From: Entomortierella parvispora E1425
Taxonomy: Eukaryota; Fungi; Mortierellomycota
Length of the DNA stretch: 64,000 bases
Direction: 5' to 3'
Assembly (NCBI GenBank): GCA_020891255.1
Contig: BQFW01000007.1
Location: 1,488,001 to 1,552,000, forward strand
The position numbers and the translations under genes are program-made. This document shows positions 23,942-34,282 of the stretch, in pieces. Below the pieces are notes generated by a model. It ran no database searches and was not told the DNA's origin. It worked only from the letters and a program-made list of their open reading frames with translations. The stretch's first letter is position 1, and every line of letters begins with the position of its first letter.

Positions 23942-24386
23942 TGTTCATGGGAAATGAGGACGAAGAGATAGTGGAGGAAGCAGACGACTTTATTCCGTTT
24001 TGTTTTTCATTTGTTTATTATTGTTTTCTCAGCCCTGTTTGAACTTGATATTTTTATTCCTTTGCTTGCACTCATCCCTTTCCTTTATTTTTTTCTTTCT
24101 CCTTTTCCCTCGCTCTCTCTCACATCATTCAAACCTATTATCGCAGTTGCGACCATGTAAATATTATTCTTCAGAGTCGAATAAAACGAACGAAAGACAA
24201 CATCAGACGACAAAAGGGGACCAAACTTGCGCACTTTTTGCCGCCACGCTTTTTGCCATTCCAATGATTCCGCTCCCAGGGGGTGCACTTTTTTTCGCTT
24301 TCCACCTTGATCACCCCTTTCATCCTTTCTTTCCCTTTTTTTTGAAGGACGTCTTACATTACTGGACCAAGCTTTTTTCAGGACCC

Positions 24387-26629
24387 ATGGAGACAACAAC
24401 AGGAATAGGGATCTTGCACCTCCCTACAGAGGTCCTGGAGTTGGTCTGTCAACAGCTCAGCCAAGCTACGCTTCGATCCAGCGCTCGACTGGTCTCGAAG
24501 CTATGGAACGTCATTTGCACTCGCTACATTCACCGGACAGTGGTTTGGACCCCCTTGTCAGTGCAGAATGACCAGCGGCTGCTAGAGGCACTCCAGACAA
24601 GAGGCTCTGGCCAGCAAGGCGGAGAAGGAAGAGGCGGAGGGGCAAGGGTAGCCATCCACTCACTCGAGTGCCGGATTCAACCAGACAATCTCAAAGACTT
24701 TTTTCTTGGCCTAGAACCAAAGATTCCAGGACCGATGACCATGGTAGAGAAGGTCGATGCCTGGAAAGCCTTCCTACAGCTGCTTCTCACAACACCTTAC
24801 GAGTTGCTGCAGGACGACAAGGACGACCAGCAGAATTCAAGACTTGAGAGCCAAGACCATGGCAAGAGTCGACCGTGCGTGATGGACAAGATGCGAAGGC
24901 TTCGATTTTACTGCAGTCAGTTTACGCCCATCCGAGCCGGGATCGAGCAAGCTTTGGCTGGCTCTCACTTTGGCTCACTTCAGACCCTCGAGATCCGTAT
25001 CCAGGTCGAGACGTATCGTAATCTGGGATTTTTATTCTTTTGGACAATTGTCCGGTGCTACGACAGGTGAAGGTCTCGGGACCACAGGAAGGAGGTTTGG
25101 ACCTTGTCTCTGCATTCGAAGAAGAGAATGAAGAAGCTGAGCTGACTTGGGGGCCACGGCCTTATTTCAACCCGAAGCGGACGCGTCTTCTTGCTGCAAG
25201 GGCGGCGATCCAAAAGGTGACTCGGCAGCCACAGGACCCGGACCTTGGACGAGAACGACAATACAGACTAGAAGTGTTGGACTTGATCCGCGTCAATGCC
25301 CGACAAGAGGACCTGGAACGGATCGCCCACACCTGTCCCTATCTCCAAATTTTTCGAACTATTGATTTCCTTCCAGGACTTCGTACAAAGTCGATTGTTT
25401 TCAAGGAGGGTGAAGCGGCTCTCCTTCAACGCCATGCCCGAAAATCCCTTTTGGAAAAGGACGGGATTCTTCAACATTTCAAAGCATCCTGTCCGCTGTT
25501 GAGCTCGTGTGAGGTGATCCCCAAGACATGGGGACTGGGACTGACGTATTCTCGACGACTCTTCCGACATTCGTTGATTCTGCCTCATCTCCAGAGCGTC
25601 ACGCTGTGCAGTGCGCATCGGGAAATGGACGATGCGAGGGAAGAAGAGGCGTATGACAGCGATGAGGAGGAGGGGTTTTATTACGACAGGATCCATTGGC
25701 CTTTATCCGACGAATCTGGATTCCAAACCGTGGGGTTCTTGTCTCGGCTCACGACTCTAGAGATCCAAAGGACGAGTTTCTTTGCTTTTTATTCTCGGCT
25801 GTTGAACCAGCTCTTGTGCTTGACCCCGAACCTGCTGCATTGCATCGCGGCTGAAGAATGCTTTAGCGCACGGCTTCTTAATTCAGAATCAGACTTGACC
25901 ACGACCACCGCGACCGCGACCGCTACCACATCAGAGCAAGAGACGACAAGATGGATCTATGGCCCTCCTTCTGAGGAACAGAACGAGAGCTCTGCCACGT
26001 TAGAAGATACCCAAAATGACGGCCAGGAGCCTGGTTTTGCAGTGTCAACGATTCAGGTGCCCAAGGTCTGGCAGTGCAGACTCCTTCGAACGTTGCACTT
26101 GAGAGTCAGATGGAACCATTCGGCATCGGCCCTTTCACTCATCGGGATCTATGTCAAGCAACACCAGCTCTTCCAGAAGCTGACTTTTCTTCAACTGTTC
26201 ATGACCGAGTTGCACCTGGGGCAATGCAAGCGGAGGCCTCCAGAGCCAGGAAAGGAAGAAGCACAGGCGGCGGTGGTTGTCCCCCGATATAGAAATGACT
26301 TGGAAACGTTTCACGATCTGTTGCCATCTTTGGAGGAATTCAAGTTGGAAGGGCAACATCTGAATGGGTTCCTGCAGGCGTCCGACTTTGAGTTTCTGAG
26401 GAGACGGCTTGACACTGAGAAGAGTGAGGACGGTGGCTGTGAAGATAACAAGAACGGGAACAGGGTGCAAAGCTGCCGTTGGCCATGGCTTCAAATGTTT
26501 GTGATTCGCGTGGCTGAATCTCCTGTTTCTGACTACTCGGCCGTGATAGCAGGGATGGAGGAGATACGGCCTGGCGTCGAGTTTTCCATTGGATTATCGC
26601 CTCCCATGTACTTTACGAAAGATCAATAG
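24387..26629 (+). CDS. F-box/LRR-like protein (Mortierellaceae type), split by an apparent 1-nt frameshift near 25029-25041
   Basis: ILHLPTEVLELVCQQLSQATLRSSARLVSKLWNVICTRYI F-box; two overlapping ORFs (24000-25070, 25040-26629) join if one T is added to a T-run. Confidence 0.7.
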
Positions 26630-28729
26630 ATGTCTTTATCTGAAAGGCCTTTACATGTACATGTACAGTAAAATGAACAGAAAAGGAGCAAGGAACTTTG
26701 TCACGCAGGTCTGTGTCGCGCGGTGGCGTTGACACGGGCCATTCCTTTCTTGATGAGAGCGCATGATGTCTTTTCACTTTTCCATTCTCTCGTTCGTCCA
26801 CCACTTTCCCTCTGCAATCACCCATCCATGGCAGATACACTCACATTCTTCTGTCTCATCAGTGGCAACTCCAGATCGAGCGCTATCAAAATCCGAATTT
26901 CAGACCCACATGCGCACGTCGCTGTTCTCCGGGACGCAATCTTTGACAAAGACCAAGACGCCTTTCCTAATATGAAAGCCCAGAATTTGGTGCTTTGGCA
27001 AGCCACGGTCCCCACCAGCAAAAGTGTAGGAGAAAAGAGCTGCATCGAACTTGATGGTTTGGACGACAAAACGAAGCTTGACACAGGGAGAAGTCTTTCC
27101 GAGCTATTCCCTGTGAGTGCTGACAAAAAACATACATCATTGTCGAGCAACCCAAAGATACGTCCAGTTACACCTACGCTAGAAGATTGGCCTATTCTTT
27201 GAAAGATACTTGGAACTCATCGAGTCTCTTTGGCACTGCGTGCTTGACCTTTTTGCCTTGCTTCATAGCTTTGAAAAGACACGGAGAAGGAGATGCAGGT
27301 GAGTGATTGTCTTTTTGCTTTTGTGGCCAATCAGTCTGACATCAATTTTCACATCACCTCGTCGTGCCCCATGCATGCGGTAGTTGCTAATTCTTGGCTG
27401 CCACCCCTTTTGTACAACCCTTTTTTTGTAACTAGGATCCTCTTCCAAGAAGCAGTGTCTTGATATGACCACGTTCAAGGGAGCCATAGCAGCGGCTAAT
27501 CTTACCCAACGGGCAGTAGTGGAGGGCGAGATTGATCTTTCCCTTCTGAATAACAAGCAAAGAGTCGCTCTGCTTGGTGTCCTTGGAGAGGATGTCGTCA
27601 GGTCTGACAATTTCAAGTCTTTGATTCTGGCTGCCGTTGAGCTACGAAACGCCGACATGGGAGAACTGGGCGAAATCAAGGCCGCCGATGGCTCAAAGTT
27701 TCCTAGCGCCAAAGTAAGTGATCTCTATGTTAGACAGGCCTACAAGGAACTTTATGGAGACATCTTCAGAATGTTCGAGAGAAGAGTGAACGAGATTGTT
27801 GTTACAGGTACATCTGGGATCGGCAAATCGGTCTTCCTGGTGTACATGACCATCCGACTTCTTGCTGAGAGCGACGATAACGAGCCCCCTATCGTCATTT
27901 TCCACACAAGCCGGGGCGATGAATGCTACGCCTTTGCGGGATGCTGGACTGTCCGATACAGAAAAATCGAAGACTTCAGGCCTTTCCTTACTCTGTCCGA
28001 GACGTGGTATCTTGCAGATAGCTCTCCTGCTCCAGTACTCAGTAAGGCCAGGACCGTCATTGCAACTTCGCCCGAGATTCTTTTTTCCGAATCCGTCTCT
28101 TACCACGATATCGACAAAAATGTGGCGTGGCGTTATTACTTGGCGCCATGGACTCTAGCAGAATTAACGACATGCCGAAACATTGTTAAAGACTTCAACA
28201 GGGTTCCGTTGCATGTCATGGAAGACACCTACTTGAAGATCGGCGGCGTACCGGGATATGTTCTTGCTAGGGCAATGCAGGTAAAGCGGAGGTTTGACTT
28301 TTCATACGTTGGTCATCGACGAGATAGGACGACCTGCTGTTGTTGATTTGGAAATGCCCTGATTTCTTTGAATCTGGATTTATTGTTGGAAATGAGCTAA
28401 CAATTGCAGTTCTCCCTGAACCAGTTCGTTGGCTGGAAGTAATCGTGTCTCCCGACAATCTTGAGAGTGTCAGAAAGAGGTCATCCGAGCGTCTCGTCAG
28501 AGCTCCCAACAATGTCTACGATCCGGCGATGATGAGGGGCTCTTGGCGCGAGGAAAGACTCGCTAGAGTTCAGTAGCGCCTTGGTTCACCATTGGCCTGT
28601 AGGGGATCATCACGACTGTCGACTGGAATGGGCCTCAACGTATGTTGCTGAGAAGATTACCAATTTATTGAACTAGGATCCTGCACCCAGATGTTAGAGA
28701 GGCTCCCCCAATAAGTGCTACCGGTATTA

Positions 28730-30535
28730 GAGATCTTGCCACAAATATCCATACCTCACAAAACCTAAATTCTCACACCCCTCTGCCTTTTTTTTTTCTA
28801 TTCTCTTCTGATTTTAAAAACTTCATTGACTCTAAACGATGTTCCATGATGGACTGGACTCACTGGGGTCATGTCTACTGAGAACAATGGTACTGAAAAA
28901 AAATAGAAAATACTATGCCTCCTCGTCACTAGAAATTTCACTGTTGTCTGTGTCACTATCAAATTCGCGGTCATCATCGTCACTTTCACTGTAGTTTTCA
29001 TTGTTTTCGAGTCGTCTTTCGTAGAGAATCCGATAGTCCCTCCCAACCTGGACAGTCTTTTTCCAAACAGCAATAAGCTGTGACTCCTGAATGCCAGCGA
29101 AGAGTCCCAAAAGGCGGTTTCGCAGTGACAGCTCAGTCTCGTCCAAGTTAGGATTGGCTGCAATTGGGTTCTTGACCATTCCCCAGACCATTTCAATCGG
29201 CTGTAGCTCGCAATGATACGGAGGTGTCTTGCAAATGGTGTGTCCGTATTCGTGTGCAATTCGGTATGAAGCAAAGGTCTTGGGGATGTTGAGACCTTTG
29301 ATGTGCTCAAGAAGCTCGAGTCTAGACTTGATCTTGCCCCGGTCATTTGTTGGTAGCTCTATGCCATTCTTTTCGAACCACGAATGGATATCTCTCACAC
29401 AGGAGCTTGCTTTCGGTACTGGATTCTCTTCGCGGACATGGTACTTGGCGCCATCCATGTGAATGTGACAAGGCCCATAGTCTTCATGGAGTGTTGTGCA
29501 CAGAGCCTCAAACAATCGCTCAAACAGATCCGCATCAAAGTTACCGTGGTAGTCATGGTAGTCAGGGGCAATACCCGCCTCTCGGACAAAATCAGGAACA
29601 GTCTTCCATAGCTCGTTGTCTGCGGCACGTCCACCCTCTCGACCACGCAATTGACCCTTGACCGGCCAGATGAGGATGCTTTTTCTTGACGAGCTCTGCC
29701 CTGAGCTTGTTGTCAACTCGGAATACCACGAATGCACCGAAAATGACAAGCATTGGCTTTCGTCCTCGCTCATTGACAGAGCCTCCAGAAGGCAACCATG
29801 TCCGAAGACTGTGATGGTCTAGATGACAATATGACTCATCAAGGAACACCTCAGGAACAATTGGAAGACCCTTGGGGTTCAGATTCGAGAGGCGACGCTC
29901 GATGTAAACATCACGATAGTCGATCACCGCTTGGGAGTCATGGAGGATATTCCTCCTGCTTCCTTTGCCGTAATGAAGACCTAGCCGTTTTAATCGACGG
30001 ACCAAGGTTCGCTTCGCGAAAACGATACCGTGTTTTTCCCGCAGCTCCTTCAAAACTAGATTCGTTGTCACAGGCACTCCATCTTTGTTGCATGCCAACA
30101 CAAATTCTCGAATGGCTGCGCCCAAGTCAGTCTCAATGATGTGTTTTGGTCGACCAATGCGTTTCTCCGAAACCTCCCCCACGCCGTTATAAAACTGAAT
30201 AGCTTTCCGCGCCGTATCTGAACCGATCCCAGTTATGAGGGCAAGACGCTTGCGGGCGGTGACTTTGCCACGGTGCTCGTGGAAGGCCCCAGTCCCATTC
30301 AAGTAGCTTTGGACGTTCGCCAGAATGCAGTATTCATTACGAGTCAGTCGTGCTGCATTCCGTTTAAATCGAGGATCCGACATGGTAGAGAGATGGGAGT
30401 TGCATCTCCAGAGAGCTGAGTGGCGTCCCTTTCTCCCCTTGAGTGCGCGAAAAGTCATAACTTTTATTAAGGGGTGGAGATCCATATGAAACCGGACATT
30501 CAAATCAGAGGTATGGATGTTTTTGGCATGGTCTC
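28730..30535 (-). mobile_element. Full-length IS630-Tc1-mariner DNA transposon, 1806 bp, 28-bp TIRs, TA target duplication
   Basis: Left TIR gagatcttgccacaaatatccatacctc (28730-28757) vs right TIR gaggtatggatgtttttggcatggtctc (30508-30535): 24/28 inverted match; TA at 28728-28729 and 30536-30537. Confidence 0.92.
28913..30383 (-). CDS. DDE transposase (about 489 aa if repaired), one frameshift at the A5 run 29680-29684
   Basis: HTH-like GRP...AIREFV...RTLVRRLKRLGLHY; catalytic VFLDESY...HMDGAKYH...PPYHCELQPIEMVWG; 86 residues between the second D and the E. Confidence 0.88.
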
Positions 30536-30591
30536 TATATTCGAAGCCTATGTTCCCCGCACCTTCTGTGATGGAGGATGGTCCTTTTCGA

Positions 30592-30790
30592 TGAAAGTCT
30601 GGATTGTTCTTTCTGACAGACCGTCCGTCGGCTGGTGATACGCTGTGGACACTCTCAGGCGTGTACCAAGTCTGGAGAACAACCAGGTCAAGAGCTCGGA
30701 ACAGAAACGAGCATCGCTATCAGACACGGTGGATGCTAGGAGACCATGTAATCGGACGACTTCTTGAAGAACAAGTCGGCCAAATAAAGA
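30592..30790 (-). mobile_element. Ty3/gypsy LTR-retrotransposon integrase core fragment
   Basis: ADLFF/EVVRLHGLLASTVSDSDARFCSELLTWLFSRLGTRLRVSTAYHQPTDGLSERTIQT, a degenerate form of the rve motif VRLHG.P..IVSDRD..F.S...STAYHPQTDG.SER. Confidence 0.85.
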
Positions 30791-32655
30791 CCCACAGCAG
30801 AAAAACAAAAAAGTTGTCAAGAAACACCTGTGGTGACCATGGAAACGACGCCCATCAGACCAAAAAGTGGTTCATGGAACGATGCATGTCGCCTCTGTTG
30901 AAGTTGATTGGGTAATGAATGTGAATGAAACGTTGCTTTGCCGTGGTTTTCGTGTTTTCCCCTCACTCTCTCCCGGTGTAACAAAGCGGACCGCATTGCC
31001 TCATTGTGCGACATGAAGCAATAATCTCTCCGCTCCGACCTCTCTCTTTGCTTTCTTGCCAAGTTTCATGATCGGGGGAGCAAGCAGCGCAACCACTCGT
31101 CGTGGGACAGCCTGTGGTCCAGCGCACATGGCGCATTCACAGGAGGACGGACGTTCTTCTACAGCGACTTTTCTAACCCCCCCTTTTTTTTTGTACAGAA
31201 TCGGTTTCCTCGGTCGTTGCGCTTTGTCTGGCATCCGGGTACGGGCAAGGACCCCCACACGGAGATCCGGGATGCCTTCACCCCACACAGTTGAGCAATG
31301 GTTAATCGACCTTGGAGAACCTTTGCTCTCTTCACCTTGCCCTTGCCTTTTTTCTGCACTGGGGTTTCCATTGTGGTGCAAAGCTAGTGGCGAGTAGCTC
31401 AAACCGCAAGCCCTCTGCTCTTTTTTCTCTCTCTCCACTTTCTCACCCGTTCGTTTTAGTCCTTGGCAATTGAATGGACTGAGACAAACAAGGTTGTCTA
31501 TCCGATCCCTGGTGGCAAGAGGCCAATAAGCCGACCAGCCACTCCCTTCCAATCTTCAAGGCACAGGTACGCACTGCGACTACCATACTTTCTTCTGGTT
31601 CGCGGCCGATCTTCAAGGTTGGATTTTTTTTTTGTCAAGGTTGGAATTAGGCCTTTGACGCGTGAGCGAATGAGATCAAAGGAGCCCAACAAACCCCTGG
31701 CTTGTAGAAAACCCAGGATTGGTCGGTCCTGGTTCTCGTTAATTTAGTTTTCTTTCCCCTGTTCGGCAGTCTCCTGATTCATTCATCTCGACAACTCAGT
31801 TAAAAAGACGCCAAATTAGCCTCCCTCCAACGACATGTCACTGTTCGCCCCTGCAATGTTCAATTGCGCCTCAGAGTTTTGCACCTTCCTCCTTCCGCCT
31901 CATTCATCCACAACCGTTTTTTTTGGCCCCTGTGATCGATCGCCTTTTTTGCGTTTGTTTGTGTTTTTCCGTTTCGAAAAAAAAGTGGCAATGAATGGGG
32001 GAAGGGTCAAGTCAGTCAGTCCGTTGGCTTTGAAAGACGTGCAGCGTGGCTTGATGGTGGCACAATGTCCATTGGGCAGGGTAAAAGTCCACATGTGTCC
32101 ATTGCCCTAATTTGTCCTCACAGCGCGTTTAAATTGCGGTTTCTATTGTTTGCACAAGGAACGAGCGTCATGCTCTCTCGCCACTGTGTGGTGGCAGTGG
32201 TGGCCCGGTTCTCCCCCCTCTCTCACTGTAGACTACTCTTTCTTTTTCTCTTGAGGAAATAAGGTATAGCGTTTTTTTGGATGTGGACAAAGTACATGTA
32301 CAAGGCAGGAAGGGAAACAGGAAGGGGTGGTTAGAGTTGAATAATCCCCGACAAATCGAACCTGTGGACCCATTCTTCCTCTTTCAACTTTCAACAGTTG
32401 AGATGTGTGGGCGATGATCAAGAATGTCGCAAAGATATAAAAGAAAGGCCTTTCTTTGCTTGTTTTGAAAGGGTTCTTCATCTCTTCTCTCTCTTTTTTT
32501 TTGGTCATCAAAAAAAATAAACGCGATCCCCCCACAAACACTCCTTTCACTGTTGCATCTTTGACAACAGCACAGCTCCTTGTCTTCTTCCTCCTTTCCC
32601 TTCAACCTACTCCTCTCTCTCCCTCTCCCTCTGCCTCTACCTCTCTTACAACAAG

Positions 32656-34041
32656 ATGCGTTTGGTACTCTCGGCTCTTGTAGCCCAGTCCTTGTGGACA
32701 CTCACACTCTTGAACAACCTTTCTGTCGTTGATGCTCTCACCCTCCCTTCCAACGCCGGTACTCTTGATATTGCCTCCAGGGCCACTGTGCCCCACCTTG
32801 GCTCTTCCTCCTCTCCTCTGGCTCATCTCGAAGTGGAGGCCGCTGGTTCGGCCTCCAAGGGAAAGAAGCCCAAACCCGCCCGTCCCGCCTACAGCTGGAG
32901 CCTTGAATACATGCCCCCGACCCTGGCCGATCTCAAGAGCGCCCTGCATTTGGAGGACAGTCTGACCAGCAAAGATGAATTCGATATCGTGCCCGATCCC
33001 ATGCCTTCCAGTGGCAAGCAAAAACGTAGCCTTGATGTTGATGTCAATGTCGATGCGGAAGCGGCCGCGAATGGAGGAGACATGACCCTCGCGGCGACCT
33101 CCAACAAGAACAAACGAGTCCTTCGATCCTTGTATCCGGCGCATTCCTACTCGCAGTCCAAGAACCCTCATGCTTCGTTCACCTCGACCCCGTTGTCGAC
33201 CAAGGCCTTCCAGGGTCCTACGGCCCACTACGTTCGCCTGGAGTACCAAATGCTGTTCCAGCCGGGCTTCAAATGGGTCAAGGGAGGTAAGTTGCCCGGT
33301 ATCTTGGTCGGCACCGAAGAAGGATGTGGTGGCAACGCCGGGTGCTCGGGCGGTGGCACGGCCGAAAACTGTTTCTCCACCCGCATGATGTGGCGCGCCA
33401 ATGGTGAGGGGGAGCTGTACCTGTACGCCGCCAAATCAGTTTATTTCCCCAGTGCCAAACAACCCAGCTGCAGCAACAGCAAGCGTCGCCTCTTGACCTT
33501 GACAGATCGCGAGCAAGAAGAAGAGCTGGCTCAAAGATTGGCGGAGCAAGAGCGTCGCCGGATCGACGCCCTGCGCTTGCCCGAACCCGATGACGAGTTT
33601 GCAGTGCTCAACAAGCGTGCGGGGGTGGAGGACGAGAGCGGATCCTGCTTGAACGGTTACAAGGTCCAAATCAGCCCTGGTGCCAAGAACGAATGCAACC
33701 CCACCTATGGTATCTCGATCGGCCGAGGCGGTCGGTTCCAGTTCAAGTCGGGCCATTGGCACAACGTCACCCAGGTCGTGCGTTTGAACTCCAAGGGTAA
33801 AGCCGTCAAGGACGGGTACCTGGCTGTGTACCTGGATGGTTACCCGGTCATCAAATCGAAAGATTTGGTTCTACTCAAGAACGGCTATGACAGCTCTAAG
33901 AATGCTCCTTCCCATCAGGTCAAGTTTATGTTCTCGTCCTTCTTTGGTGGCCATACCAAGGACTATGCCACACCGGTGAAGCAGTGGATCGCTTGGAAGG
34001 ACTTTTCCATGGCCTCCAGTCCTACCAACTTGTGGGGCTAA
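32656..34041 (+). CDS. Secreted polysaccharide lyase family 14-like protein (alginate/glucuronan lyase-like), single exon
   Basis: Signal peptide MRLVLSALVAQSLWTLTLL...VDA; FQPGFKWVKGGKLPG...CSGG...CFSTRMMWRANGEGELYLY...YGISIGRG.F.F..GHW...TQVVRLN...MFSSFFGG. Confidence 0.85.
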   Translation: MRLVLSALVAQSLWTLTLLNNLSVVDALTLPSNAGTLDIASRATVPHLGSSSSPLAHLEVEAAGSASKGKKPKPARPAYSWSLEYMPPTLADLKSALHLEDSLTSKDEFDIVPDPMPSSGKQKRSLDVDVNVDAEAAANGGDMTLAATSNKNKRVLRSLYPAHSYSQSKNPHASFTSTPLSTKAFQGPTAHYVRLEYQMLFQPGFKWVKGGKLPGILVGTEEGCGGNAGCSGGGTAENCFSTRMMWRANGEGELYLYAAKSVYFPSAKQPSCSNSKRRLLTLTDREQEEELAQRLAEQERRRIDALRLPEPDDEFAVLNKRAGVEDESGSCLNGYKVQISPGAKNECNPTYGISIGRGGRFQFKSGHWHNVTQVVRLNSKGKAVKDGYLAVYLDGYPVIKSKDLVLLKNGYDSSKNAPSHQVKFMFSSFFGGHTKDYATPVKQWIAWKDFSMASSPTNLWG

Positions 34042-34282
34042 ACAAAAAAAGGGTTCCTCAAGGGATCTGGCATCACCTTCTGGCCTCTTTTACCATCTAT
34101 CTTCACCATCTACCCGTTGTATTTATCTCATCTGTTTGTACACATGTTCCGTTTCGCTCGCTGGCCATTCGTGGCCCATGTTCAATCATGTCATGCCAAA
34201 AAGAAAAAGAAAAAGAAAAACAACCATTAAAAGCTTGTCTTCATTCATTCTAATTGAGATTGGGACTTCTAAATGCTATTTT

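Larger units (their letters stand above)
26828..30590 (+). pseudogene. Decayed Crinkler (CRN) effector: ubiquitin-like N-terminal domain plus P-loop NTPase, interrupted by a transposon at 28730-30535
   Basis: MADTLTFFCLISG...LRDAIFDK...AQNLVLWQ; IVVTGTSGIGKS Walker A; WYLAD; YLAPWTLAEL; GGVPGYV. Lesions: A-run frameshift near 27125, donor-like aaag|atacgt lacking GT, frameshift near 28540, in-frame stops after LEWASTYVAEKITNLLN. Confidence 0.85.

Noticed and set aside
29675-29690. Programmed -1 frameshift as in bacterial IS630
   Set aside because: The join needs +1 (loss of one base), not -1; the -1 frame does not give the DDE continuation.
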